This document shows positions 53,115-64,000 of a DNA stretch of 64,000 bases, piece by piece. The notes beneath the pieces are model-generated. The model saw only the letters and a list, made by a program, of their open reading frames with translations. It was not told where the DNA came from and made no database searches. The stretch comes from Candidatus Eiseniibacteriota bacterium (GTDB lineage: Bacteria > Eisenbacteria > RBG-16-71-46 > CAVPCR01). The stretch lies in the NCBI GenBank assembly GCA_963823555.1, contig CAWGMA010000003.1, positions 64,001-128,000 on the forward strand. Reading direction: 5' to 3'. The position numbers were made by a program, and so were the translations under genes. The first letter of the stretch is position 1, and each line of letters begins with the position of its first letter.

Positions 53115-54446
53115 GTGACGACGCGCCCGGCGGATGCGGGAGAGCCCGCTCCGATCTACGACATCCCCCCCGAAGGCCCCACCCCGGCGCTATGGGAGGA
53201 AATGAAGCACTTCCTCCAGTTCGGCGCGGAGGATGCCGAGCGGCTCCGCGCCGCTCAGGGCCGCTATGCCGATCAGATCGATGCCATCGTCGATCGCTTC
53301 TATGACCATCTCCAGGCCCATGGGCCCACCCGCGATCTCCTCTCGCGAGCCGACGTGGGCGGGCGTCTCAAGGAGCTCCAGCGAGGCTACCTGCAGTCGC
53401 TCGGCGCCGGGGACTACGGCGAGGAGTACCTGAAGGACCGCCTCCGTATCGGCACCACCCACGAGCGCATCGGGCTCGCCCCGCGCTGGTACCTGGGTTC
53501 CTACTGGCTGTACCTGCGCGACATGATCCCGAGCCTCATGCCATGCGCCACGAGCGAGGAGCAGCAGGTGATGCTCGCGCTCCACAAGATCATTCTCCTC
53601 GACATGATCCTCGTGACCGAGTCGTACATCAGTCGCACCCTGGCGCTCGTCCGCGACCAGAATGAAAGGCTCGAGCAGATCGTGAGCGAGCGCACCCGTC
53701 AGCTCTCGAAGTGGGAGCGGCTGGCGGCTGTCGGCAGCATGGCGGCCAAGGTGGCGCACGAGATCCGCAATCCGCTGAGCTCGATCTCCCTCAATACCGA
53801 GCTCCTGAACGATGAGCTCGTCTCCTATCATGGCGTCGATACCGCCGAGGGAGTCGATCTGCTGCGCGCCATCGCGGGCGAGATCGACCGTCTGAGCCGC
53901 ATCGTCGAGGAGTACCTGCAGTTCGCCCGCATGCCGCGACTTGATCTGGAGCAGGTGAACCTGCGCGAGCTCGCCGAGCAAGTGCTCAAGTTCCTGGCGC
54001 CCGAGTTCGAGCGCTCCCGTGTCGAGAGTGAGATCGACGCCGTCGACCACGGGCCGATCGTCTACCTCGATCGGAGCCAGTTCCGCCAGGTCCTGCTCAA
54101 TCTCCTGCGCAACTCGCAGGAAGCGATGCCGAAGGGCGGCAAGGTCACGATCGAGCTCCGCGAGGGCGAGGACGGGGCCATCGAGGTCCTGGTGGTCGAC
54201 ACCGGCGTCGGGATCGAGCCGGAGCAAACGCAGAAGGTCTTCGACCCCTTCTACTCGACGAAGGACACGGGCACCGGGCTCGGTCTCGCGTTCGTACAGC
54301 AGGTCGTGCTGGAGCATGGCGGCGAGGTGAAGTGCACCGGGCAGCCGGGCCGGGGCGCCACCTTCCGCATCGTGCTGCCAGAGCGTTTGCGGGTGCGGCT
54401 GAGAGTGTCGAGCGCCGCGCGGGGTGCCGAACCCTCAGCCTCGTGA
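53115..54446 (+). CDS. Globin-coupled sensor histidine kinase
   Basis: AAGGAGG-GTG start; globin sensor IVDRFYDHL...RIGTTHERIGL.PRWYLG; H-box AHEIRNPL; N, G1 and G2 boxes. Confidence 0.88.
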   Translation: MTTRPADAGEPAPIYDIPPEGPTPALWEEMKHFLQFGAEDAERLRAAQGRYADQIDAIVDRFYDHLQAHGPTRDLLSRADVGGRLKELQRGYLQSLGAGDYGEEYLKDRLRIGTTHERIGLAPRWYLGSYWLYLRDMIPSLMPCATSEEQQVMLALHKIILLDMILVTESYISRTLALVRDQNERLEQIVSERTRQLSKWERLAAVGSMAAKVAHEIRNPLSSISLNTELLNDELVSYHGVDTAEGVDLLRAIAGEIDRLSRIVEEYLQFARMPRLDLEQVNLRELAEQVLKFLAPEFERSRVESEIDAVDHGPIVYLDRSQFRQVLLNLLRNSQEAMPKGGKVTIELREGEDGAIEVLVVDTGVGIEPEQTQKVFDPFYSTKDTGTGLGLAFVQQVVLEHGGEVKCTGQPGRGATFRIVLPERLRVRLRVSSAARGAEPSAS

Positions 54447-55315
54447 CCCCGGCTGCGGAGAATGCCTCGTCCATGCAGGACTACCTCGCTCGTGAGTTCG
54501 ATTCCGGGGACCCGACCCTGGTCTCCGTGTTCGATGAGGTGTCGCTGTGGGCTGCCCGCTTCGGCCTCCTGCTCCTCGAGGAGATTCCCCTGCTCCCCGG
54601 CCTTCGCGTTCTCGATGTCGGCTGCGGCAACGGGTTCCCACTCTTCGAGCTGGCCCACATGCTCGGCCCGTCATCGAGCTTGTTCGGTGTCGACATCTCC
54701 CCGCCGGCGCTCGCGCGGGCGGCGCTCAAGCGGCGCACCTACGAGCTGGAGAACGTCACTCTGGTCCGGGCCGATGGCGCCGCCCTGCCCTTGCCGTCCG
54801 GGCAGTTCGATCTCGTGGTTTCGAACGTCGGAGTCAACAACTTCCGGGATGCGCCGGCTGTCCTCGGGGAGTGCGCACGGGTGGGCCGGCCCGAGGCGCG
54901 GATCGCGTTGACCACGAACATGCGGGGTCACATGCGGGAGTTCTACGAGGTCTTCCGCAGCGTGCTCGCCGAGCGCGGCCGGGATGGCGCGCTCGATCGG
55001 CTCGCTCAGGAGGAGAACCGCCGCGGGACCCGGGACGCGCTGTGCGCTCTCATCGAGGCCTCGGGGTTTCGCGTGACGCGGGTCATCGAGGAGGAGTTCC
55101 GGTTACGGTATCTGGACGGAGGAGCGTTCCTGCGCCATGCCCTGACCCGCTGCGGGTTCCTCGATGCCTGGCGGAAGGTGCTGGATCCGGGAGACGACGA
55201 GTCGGTCTTCGCCGAGATCGAGGCCCGGCTCGATGCCCTGGCGCGCACCCAGGGCGGGCTCGCCCTCACGGTGCCCATGCTCTACATCGAGGGTCGCCGG
55301 CGCGGAACGAGCTGA
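54443..55315 (+). CDS. Class I SAM-dependent methyltransferase
   Basis: VLDVGCGNG, GVDIS, FDLVVSN; GTGA overlap with the kinase stop. Confidence 0.85.
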   Translation: MTPAAENASSMQDYLAREFDSGDPTLVSVFDEVSLWAARFGLLLLEEIPLLPGLRVLDVGCGNGFPLFELAHMLGPSSSLFGVDISPPALARAALKRRTYELENVTLVRADGAALPLPSGQFDLVVSNVGVNNFRDAPAVLGECARVGRPEARIALTTNMRGHMREFYEVFRSVLAERGRDGALDRLAQEENRRGTRDALCALIEASGFRVTRVIEEEFRLRYLDGGAFLRHALTRCGFLDAWRKVLDPGDDESVFAEIEARLDALARTQGGLALTVPMLYIEGRRRGTS

Positions 55316-55327
55316 TCGGAGTGTCGA

Positions 55328-56857
<1,530 letters not shown>

Positions 56858-56924
56858 ATCACACCTCGCAGGCTGGAAATCGCTTCACCGTGGGCTGGCG
56901 GGGCTCAGACCTTGCACTTTAGTC

Positions 56925-56940
56925 GCACGAGCCGTGCCAG
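56925..56940 (-). promoter_or_regulatory. Sigma54 (-24/-12) promoter of the response regulator
   Basis: Minus strand CTGGCACGGCTCGTGC (GG-N10-GC). Confidence 0.75.
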
Positions 56941-56976
56941 CACGGGAGCCCCGTTCAGTGCATTTAACGCTATGCA

Positions 56977-57067
56977 AAATAATGACTTAATGGATTTTGG
57001 GGCGGCGCAGCGACCCGCGGGGAGTCGACAAAGTGTCGCACGACCCGCCCCGTCGGACAAGATGACA
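56977..57067. promoter_or_regulatory. IHF-like site and paired enhancer (UAS) palindromes
   Basis: AAATAATGACTTA 56977-56989; CGACA-AAG-TGTCG 57026-57038; GGACA-AGA-TGACA 57055-57067. Confidence 0.6.
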
Positions 57068-57127
57068 GGGCGGGCCGGGATGCGGCGCCGGGCGAGGGGG
57101 TCTTGAGGATCGAGCTCTGGGAGGGCG

Positions 57128-58330
57128 CTATCTCCCGACGACGTGGAAGTCCTGGACGGAAGCCGACTGCACGTCGCCCTCACCGACCAGACGTGTGGCC
57201 CGCCGGGACTGCTCGGGATTCTTCTTGTCCTCGAAGGGGTAGAGGCGGGTGAAGATCAGGTCCGCGGTGACCTTGGTGCGCTCGTCTCCCTCGAAGGTCG
57301 AAAGCAAGAACTCGAGTGGCGAATCCGGCGGCAGCGGATTGAGGATGATCGCACTCCCATCGAGGAACTTGAGCACACGGTGATCCCGGCTGCGGGTGAC
57401 CTGGCCAGTCACGGAGATGCGCTGGTCGGCCAGTGGCTTCAGCACCTCCTCGTCGTCGTATGGCAGTGCCTTGACCGCGATGAAGCCGGAGGGCGGAGGA
57501 TATTCGGCGCGCGCAGGAGCCGTGGGGACCGGTGGAAACTTGCCGAGCAGGCTGACGTCTCCCGACCACGAGATGACCTCGTGACCGACCGTCATCTTCT
57601 TCACAACGACACCCGATGTATCCGCTCGCACGGTGAGCGTGAGAGGCGCGCGTGCTTCCTCGGCGCGCGCGGCATGGGCACGCATGTCGCCACCGTTCTC
57701 GATCAGCAGGAAGGAACCGTCGGCGAGAATGGCCCGGCGCTCATCCACGAAGCGAATCTCCGGCAACGCGACGTGCAGCTGGCGAGAGTGATCGGGGAAG
57801 AAGAGCCAGGACAGGAATGCCTGCTGCACAGGCGGTGTTCCGGCCTGGAGGAACATCTCCTCCACGGTGGCGGAGCGCTCGTGCGGCGCAAAGTGCTGCC
57901 ACGAGGTCCAGGCGCTCGCGGCCGCGAGCAGGAGAAGGAAGACGATGAGAATGATGGTGGGAGTGCTCGTGCGCTCGACCACGAATTCCTCGTCACGCAG
58001 ATCAGCCTCCGTGAGCTGCGGCAGCAGATCGGCGCCGCGCCCCACGGGGAGATGGAACCGGTGCACCATCTCAGCGACTTTCGGCAATTGGTCACGCTGG
58101 ATGAGAGCATGGAACTCCGGCACCGCGCCGCGAGGATCGCGCATGTAGAACTGGCCGACCTTGAGTGGCCTCTTCTCGCCCTCGAGGGGAGCCGGGATCT
58201 CCTTCAACTGGAGGTGGTCGCCGATCACGTGGCCCTCATGCTCCGTGTCGAAGTGCTGGAGCACGAGATGAATCGCGTTCATCTGCTCCTCGATCGTCAG
58301 TTCCTTCTGGTGGGCATTTTCCACCGTCAT
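57128..58330 (-). CDS. Hypothetical single-pass membrane protein (400 aa)
   Basis: GAGGAGGAG RBS; one TM segment IILIVFLLLLAAASAW; no family recognised. Confidence 0.75.
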   Translation of the reverse strand: MTVENAHQKELTIEEQMNAIHLVLQHFDTEHEGHVIGDHLQLKEIPAPLEGEKRPLKVGQFYMRDPRGAVPEFHALIQRDQLPKVAEMVHRFHLPVGRGADLLPQLTEADLRDEEFVVERTSTPTIILIVFLLLLAAASAWTSWQHFAPHERSATVEEMFLQAGTPPVQQAFLSWLFFPDHSRQLHVALPEIRFVDERRAILADGSFLLIENGGDMRAHAARAEEARAPLTLTVRADTSGVVVKKMTVGHEVISWSGDVSLLGKFPPVPTAPARAEYPPPSGFIAVKALPYDDEEVLKPLADQRISVTGQVTRSRDHRVLKFLDGSAIILNPLPPDSPLEFLLSTFEGDERTKVTADLIFTRLYPFEDKKNPEQSRRATRLVGEGDVQSASVQDFHVVGR

Positions 58331-58701
58331 CGCAACTCCTCCTCAAAGACGAGATCTCGTGGCATACAAGCTATGGTGGGGCGAGAACGAGCCCCGCGGC
58401 GCACGTGCACGCTTCGGCGCCGCCAATACTAATGCACGGACGGCCTGCCGGGGGGATCGGGAGCCCGGTGCTTGTGCTGGAAGGCGGATCGCCGGGGCGG
58501 GGGCCGGGACGAGCGCCAGGCCAGCTGACAGGGTGGCAGATACTTCTTGAAGGTCCGGGTCGAAATGGCGCAGAGGGCCCGGAGAGGGGGCATCTCGAAG
58601 GTTGCCCCGGAGCCCGACCGGACTCCTCGGCGCGCTTGCAAGTGATATATGGACAAGTGGTTATCCGATTTCTGCGCTGAGGACCGAAAGGGCGATCCGG
58701 C

Positions 58702-58718
58702 CTGGTACGGCTGCTGCA
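58702..58718 (+). promoter_or_regulatory. Putative sigma54 promoter facing the CBS-ald-protease-cNMP-ilvE cluster
   Basis: CTGGTACGGCTGCTGCA (GG-N10-GC), with an AT-rich tract at ~58640-58665 upstream. Confidence 0.55.
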
Positions 58719-59107
58719 AATTGCTTCACGCGGTCAGGGACACCGAACAATCGAAAGAGAGATCGGTGGTGTGGTGGATGGGATGGGTGGAGACCTCCTG
58801 ACGAGGTGCGCGAGGCCGGGGCTACCCGGAAGCGCGCACTCGAGCATCAGGGAGGAACCGGTACCCAAATGGGGATGGGTGCTGGGACCGCGTCGCTCGC
58901 TGACTCCCCGGCCCACCGGCCTCCGGGCGGAAGACCGCTCGTGATGGCGATCCGGACCTTCGGGTCCGGCCAGGCGCCGGGATGGGGACGGAAGCGGAGG
59001 CGCCGACCCGGAGGCTGGTTGCCCGGGGAGTTGGAAGCGACCCGTCGAGAGGGCGCCAGGGCTGGTCCCTGGCGCCCTCATACTTTCGCGAGGCGAGAAA
59101 GTCCGCC

Positions 59108-59584
59108 ATGGGTACCAAGCACGCCGATTCCGCAGCCGCTCCTGCGACTCGCGAGCCGCATCCGAGCTGGCTCGATCAGCCGCTCGGCGAGTTGATGATC
59201 AGGGATCCGGTCACGGTGAATGTGACCGACTCGCTGCGCACCGTGCAGTCGCGCATGAGCCAGACCGGTGCCGGGCATATCCCCGTGGTCGATCGCGGTC
59301 GTCCCGTGGGCCTCGTCACCGCACGCGACCTTGCCCGCAGTGTTCCCGTTCCGTTCACCGTGCTCAAGCGAGACGAAATGGAGCGACTTCTCGCCCTGCC
59401 GGTGGCCGAGGTGATGTCGACTCCCGTGGTTGCCTTGCCCACGACCGAGCGAGCGGGGAAGGCCGTCGCGCGCATGGTGGACGAGGGTGTCGGGGCGGTG
59501 CTCGTGGTCGATCCGACCACTGGTGTCCTGGTCGGTCTCATCACCCGATCCACGATCGTAAGTGTCGTCGCGCGGCAAGCCTAG
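59108..59584 (+). CDS. CBS-pair domain protein
   Basis: LMIRDPVTV, HIPVVD.GRPVGLVTARD, VMSTPVV, LVGLITRS. Confidence 0.88.
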   Translation: MGTKHADSAAAPATREPHPSWLDQPLGELMIRDPVTVNVTDSLRTVQSRMSQTGAGHIPVVDRGRPVGLVTARDLARSVPVPFTVLKRDEMERLLALPVAEVMSTPVVALPTTERAGKAVARMVDEGVGAVLVVDPTTGVLVGLITRSTIVSVVARQA

Positions 59585-59868
59585 CGCGGCCGGCCGGCAA
59601 GCACGATGCGGCTCCTGCCAGGGTGTCTCCGGGATTGCCTCGGCCACCTGCCAAGAAGTCCGGAAACGCCACCCCGCTCACCTTCTCGCGGCGGTGATTG
59701 GAAGCTGTAAGTGGAGGCAGCGTCCCCGGCTCCGCCCGCGGACGGACAAGCGGCATCCTTTCTGCAGTCCACTCGTTGTGGGGCGCCGCGCGCGGCCCTG
59801 AAAGCCTCCTTCCTTGGCTTCTGCGGGTTCACGCCGCGAACGTTCCCCGAGGAGGAGGTCTCGTTTCC

Positions 59869-60372
59869 ATGCGGATCGGAGTGCCGAGGGAGCGAGCCCC
59901 AGATGAGTGCCGCGTCGGGCTCACGCCCCATCAAGTCCGCCTCCTGGTCGAACACGACCATCGGGTCTACGTCGAGGCCGGGGCCGGCCACGGCGCGGGC
60001 TATGCGGATGAGAGCTATCGTGAAGCCGGTCGGCACATCGTCTACGACGAGGTGGAGGTGTGCAGCCGGTCCGAGCTCCTCGCAAAGATCGGGCCCCTCG
60101 AAACCGAGGAGATCGCTCTCCTCTCCGCCAACCAGATCGTCTTCGCCTTCCAGTCACTGCACACCCTGCCCGCTGTTGCTCGCGAAGGCATCCCGCCCTC
60201 GACCTTCGTGATCCTGGGATGCGGCGTGGCCGGGACGCAGGCGGTGCGCGCCGCCGCCGGTGACGCGGGACAAGGTGCGCGGGATGCGACCGATATGCGC
60301 AGCGCGATCCTTCGCCGCGAACAGCTTGCCGAATGGGTGAATGAGCTCCGGATGCAGTGGGCACCGCGGTAG
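59869..60372 (+). pseudogene. ald: Alanine dehydrogenase remnant (internal deletion, truncated)
   Basis: MRIGVPRE...ECRVGLTP...VYVEAGAG N-domain joined directly to GIPPSTFVILGCGVAG, then ends at ~167 aa; GAGGAGG RBS. Confidence 0.75.
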
Positions 60373-60387
60373 AGCAGGGGCAGGATC

Positions 60388-60936
60388 GTGAATCCCATCG
60401 ACACGGCCGATCGCCAAGCCAAGCGCCACGAGAGCGGGCCGCGGCAAGGGAGAAGACCCCGGCGCCGCAGCCGGGTCCTCGTGCTCGGCATCGGTAACGC
60501 GCTCCTGGGGGACGAGGGCTTCGGCTCGGCGGCCATCTCGCGACTCGAGAGCACCGGCCTGCCGCCAGCCGTCGAGCTCCGGGATGCCGGGACCTCGGCG
60601 ATCGATGTGCTGGCCGATATCGGGCGCTACAATCGCGTCATCGTGATCGATGCGGTGCGCATGTTGGGGCGGAAGAAGGGGACGGTGGTCGAGTTCGAGC
60701 TGGATCGGGCCGCGCTGAGCGCGGGCACCGTCTCGTTCTCGACCCACGAGTTCGAGCTCGGCGGCTTGATCTCGCTGGCAGCGGCACTCGGTCTCGAGTT
60801 GCCGCCGTTGCGGGTGATCGGGTTCGTGCCGGAGTCTGTTGGGCTGGGCCGTGGGCTGTCACCGGCGGCGGAGGCGGCTCTCGACGAGGTGGTCGCCCGT
60901 ATCCGATGCCTCCTGGGCGGCATCAAGAGTGGGTGA
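60388..60936 (+). CDS. Hydrogenase maturation endopeptidase (HyaD/HybD family)
   Basis: VLGIGNALLGDEGFG, DAGT, VIDAV, STHE. Confidence 0.88.
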   Translation: MNPIDTADRQAKRHESGPRQGRRPRRRSRVLVLGIGNALLGDEGFGSAAISRLESTGLPPAVELRDAGTSAIDVLADIGRYNRVIVIDAVRMLGRKKGTVVEFELDRAALSAGTVSFSTHEFELGGLISLAAALGLELPPLRVIGFVPESVGLGRGLSPAAEAALDEVVARIRCLLGGIKSG

Positions 60937-60944
60937 AAGCAGCG

Positions 60945-61409
60945 ATGACAACCGATACCACGATGATCAGGGATCTGCGCCGGTTCGAGCTCCTGTCCGA
61001 GCTCACCGATGCCGAGATCGAGAAGATCGCGGCGCTGACGCGGCGAGTCGACTACCAGTTCCGCGACCGGATCTTCGAAGAGAACGATTCGGCGCGGGAT
61101 CTCTACTTCCTCGAGAGCGGGCGAGTCGGCATCCAGATCGATCTCGGCAGCGGACGGTACATGGTCGTCGAGAGCATCTCCCCCGGGGAGTGCTTCGGCT
61201 GGGGGGCCCTGGTCGAGCCCTACCGCTACACGGCCTCCGCCGTCTGCATCGAGGACTCGGTGCTGCTCGCCACCGATGGCCGGGCCCTGCGTGAACTCAT
61301 GGTCAGCGATCCGCACCTGGGCTTCGTGATGATGAGCGGAGTCGCCCACATCGCCGCGCTCAGGCTCAAGGACACTCGTTTGCAGCTCATCAGCGTGGCT
61401 TACGGCTAA
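60945..61409 (+). CDS. Stand-alone cyclic-nucleotide-binding (Crp-like, no HTH) protein
   Basis: IFEENDSARDLYFLESGRV, GECFGWGAL, YTASAVC. Confidence 0.85.
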   Translation: MTTDTTMIRDLRRFELLSELTDAEIEKIAALTRRVDYQFRDRIFEENDSARDLYFLESGRVGIQIDLGSGRYMVVESISPGECFGWGALVEPYRYTASAVCIEDSVLLATDGRALRELMVSDPHLGFVMMSGVAHIAALRLKDTRLQLISVAYG

Positions 61410-61497
61410 GGGCGGGTCCGCGGGCGCGGCCGGTCCGCCGGGGTGCGCCACCCTGCTTCAGACCGAGACCGAACGCCCATGAAAGGGAGGTGAGCCG

Positions 61498-62520
61498 ATG
61501 GCACTAGCCAAGACCGATTGGATCTGGATGAACGGCGAATTCGTGCGCTGGGACGATGCCCACATACACGTCATGTCGCATGTCGTCCATTACGGATCGA
61601 GCGTCTTCGAGGGGATCCGCTGTTACCGGACGCCCAGGGGGCCGGCCGTATTCCGCCTCGGCGAACACGTCCGGCGCCTGTTCAACTCCTGTCGCATCTA
61701 CCGCATGGAACCGAACATCACTCCCGCCGAGGTGGAAGATGCCATCCGTGCTGTCATCGAGAAGAACGGTCTCGAGGAGTGCTATGTCCGGCCCGTGGTC
61801 TATCGCGGATACAAGGTGCTGGGTCTCGATCCCCGCGAGTGCCCGATCGACATCGCGGTCGGCGCCTGGCCCTGGGGCCGCTATCTGGGCGAAGGTTCGG
61901 AGACGGTCGGTGTCGACATCAAGGTGTCGTCCTGGCGGCGCTTCGCTCCCGACACGCTGCCCGCGATGGCGAAGGCAGGCGCCAACTACATGAGCTCGCA
62001 GCTCATCAAGATGGACGCGCTCGCCGATGGCTATGCCGAGGCCGTGGCGCTCGATGCCGAGGGCTTCGTGAGCGAGGGCAGCGGCGAGAACATCTTCATG
62101 GTCCTCGACGGCGTGCTCTATACGCCGCCCTGGGACTCTGCGCTCCTGATCGGCATCACCCGCGACACGGTGATGACGCTTGCTCGCGAGAAGGGCCTCC
62201 GCGTCGAGGAGCGTCGCATTCCGCGCGAGATGCTCTACGTGGCCGAGGAGATCTTCTTGACCGGCACGGCGGCCGAGATCACCCCGGTGCGCTCGATCGA
62301 TCACGTGCGCATCGGGTACACCGTGCCCGGGCCCATCACGCGCATGCTCGAACGCGGCTACGATGACGCCATTCACGGCCGGCTCGAGGATCACTGGGGC
62401 TGGCTGACCCTGGTGGGGAAGCCGGGTCCGGCCCGCGTCGAGCCGAAGCCCGCAGCCCAGGTCGAGAAGTCAGCGGGGTCGCCTGGGACGGCGAAGCGTT
62501 CCCCCGCCGGCGGCAGGTAG
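61498..62520 (+). CDS. ilvE: Branched-chain amino acid aminotransferase
   Basis: HYGSSVFEGIRCY, AKAGANY, EGSGENIF, GITRD, TGTAAEITP. Confidence 0.95.
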   Translation: MALAKTDWIWMNGEFVRWDDAHIHVMSHVVHYGSSVFEGIRCYRTPRGPAVFRLGEHVRRLFNSCRIYRMEPNITPAEVEDAIRAVIEKNGLEECYVRPVVYRGYKVLGLDPRECPIDIAVGAWPWGRYLGEGSETVGVDIKVSSWRRFAPDTLPAMAKAGANYMSSQLIKMDALADGYAEAVALDAEGFVSEGSGENIFMVLDGVLYTPPWDSALLIGITRDTVMTLAREKGLRVEERRIPREMLYVAEEIFLTGTAAEITPVRSIDHVRIGYTVPGPITRMLERGYDDAIHGRLEDHWGWLTLVGKPGPARVEPKPAAQVEKSAGSPGTAKRSPAGGR

Positions 62521-62535
62521 GCCGCGGGCGAGCCG

Positions 62536-63999
62536 TTACTCGCCGCAGGCGCGGCGGATCTCGGCGACCAGCGAATCGAGACGGGCCGCGGTCGCCGCGT
62601 TCGGCGCCTGCGGCCGGGCCGCGGCGAAATGCGGCCCGGCATCGCATGGCCTTCCGCCGCGCATGAGGAAGAGAGCGAGCCCGAGCCGCTCCCGGTATCC
62701 CTCCGGGTTCGCCGCGAGCGCGCGGCGGTACATGGTCTCGGCCGCCATGACCTGCTCCGAGCGCTCGAGGAGCACCGCAGCATTGAGAGCCGGTCCGATC
62801 AGCGTGGGATCCAGCTCGACCGACCGCGTGTACTCGCTCAATGCCTCGGCGAGACGTCCCTCTTCCTCGGCCAGGAAGCCGAGCTCGGCATGCGCCGCCG
62901 CGAATCCCGGCTCGAGGCGCAGCGCTTCCTCGAGCAACGCCCGGGCCTCCTCACGATGGCCACGCTGCCGCTCCACCTGGGCGAGGTTGCTCAGGTATAG
63001 CGCTCGCTCCGGCACGAGCCCGATCGCGGCCCGATACTCGTCCGCAGCCTCATCGAGGAGACCGGCTTCCTCGAGGACGAGCCCGTAGTTGTTGTGGGTG
63101 GTGGCGGGATCGTCCTTGACCACCGCCCCGGTCGCCACGTGGACCACGATGCCGAGCGCGATGCAAAGCGCGAACCCGGCAGCCGCCGCGACGAATCGGC
63201 GGGCACGCACGGCGGTCGCGAGCCACACCGCACCGCTGGCGGCGAGGAGGAGGACGGGAACCACCACGGCGAGCCGGTAACGAGCCAGCACGAAATAGAG
63301 GATGACCCCGAGTGCGTACGTGGCTGCAAACAGCGGCACGATCCCCATGCGGCGCCAGTCCCGCCGTGTCACCCACAACCCGAGTGCGGCCAGCGGCACC
63401 ACGATACCGAAGGAGATGGGCAGGAAGCGAAGGAGCGGGATCTGTTCCCGCGCGAAGTAGTAGTTCGTGTTGTCCCCCTTCTCGTAGGCATGAAGGAACA
63501 GGTAGATCTTGCGAGCGAGCAGCCGCGCATAGGCCAGAGGCTCGCGCCGCACGAAGTCGAGCGCCTGCGCAGACCAGTAGCGCGAGGATTCGGCGAGCGT
63601 GACCTCGCGCCCGAGGATGGCGCTGGCGCGCCGCCGGTAGGATTCGTGCTCGGTGGCCGGCCCCGAATCGACCCATTCCGGCTGGGTGCCATATCCATCG
63701 GCTCCCGGGTGATTGCCCACATAGAAGGCCTCGCCGCCGTGCGCGGTGATCAGCACGAACTGGCGTGACACGGCGAAATTGCGCGCGGTCACCGGAAGAA
63801 TGGCGAGGAGCACACCGAGAAGGAAGACGGCCGCGTGCGCGCCACGCCGGCCGGCCGGCGCGCCGCCGGGGCCGACCACGGCCCAGGTCGCCCCCGCGAG
63901 CGGAGTGAGGCTGGGCCGGGCGAGGACGAAGATGCCGTTGGCGAGGCCGGCGATGAACCAGGAAGCGACCGTCCGGCGATCGTCGGCCCGGACAATGAG
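62536..63999 (-). CDS. GT-C glycosyltransferase + TPR protein, paralog of 47511-49424 (5'-partial)
   Basis: Shared ITAHGGE.FYVGN.PGADG, HAYEKGDN, ARYRL; frame stays open to the window edge. Confidence 0.85.
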   Translation of the reverse strand, partial: LIVRADDRRTVASWFIAGLANGIFVLARPSLTPLAGATWAVVGPGGAPAGRRGAHAAVFLLGVLLAILPVTARNFAVSRQFVLITAHGGEAFYVGNHPGADGYGTQPEWVDSGPATEHESYRRRASAILGREVTLAESSRYWSAQALDFVRREPLAYARLLARKIYLFLHAYEKGDNTNYYFAREQIPLLRFLPISFGIVVPLAALGLWVTRRDWRRMGIVPLFAATYALGVILYFVLARYRLAVVVPVLLLAASGAVWLATAVRARRFVAAAAGFALCIALGIVVHVATGAVVKDDPATTHNNYGLVLEEAGLLDEAADEYRAAIGLVPERALYLSNLAQVERQRGHREEARALLEEALRLEPGFAAAHAELGFLAEEEGRLAEALSEYTRSVELDPTLIGPALNAAVLLERSEQVMAAETMYRRALAANPEGYRERLGLALFLMRGGRPCDAGPHFAAARPQAPNAATAARLDSLVAEIRRACGE

Positions 64000-64000
64000 G

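Overview
High-GC bacterial chromosome segment spanning the replication origin. It carries the conserved cluster parB-parA-rsmG-jag-yidC-yidD-rnpA-rpmH / dnaA ... dnaN-DUF721(dciA)-gyrB. Several secreted proteins with C-terminal FlgD-Ig tails and one with an 'SWGxVKA' tail suggest an FCB-associated candidate lineage such as Eisenbacteria/Latescibacteria (inference only). The most striking feature is a ~2.2-kb satellite-like tandem array directly upstream of parA (22451-24622). It is built from ~260-bp units and holds 15 perfect and 1 near-perfect parS palindromes (TGTTCCACGTGGAACA), interleaved at near-fixed spacing with 9 copies of a second parS-like motif (TGTTTCCGCTGAAACA). The adjacent ParB has an unusual ~120-aa Pro/Ala-rich linker. 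Other observations: (i) a beta-oxidation operon whose thiolase has lost both catalytic cysteines and whose hydratase has lost a catalytic Glu; (ii) dnaA separated from dnaN by 6.4 kb containing five opposite-strand genes, with the likely unwinding origin just upstream of dnaN; (iii) a globin-coupled histidine kinase and a sigma54 response regulator, with two sigma54 promoters that share a putative enhancer motif; (iv) a DnaQ-WYL fusion beside the parS array; (v) several single-base frameshifts (mfd, acyl-CoA dehydrogenase and others) that are probably assembly errors. No tRNA, rRNA, CRISPR array or transposase was recognised.
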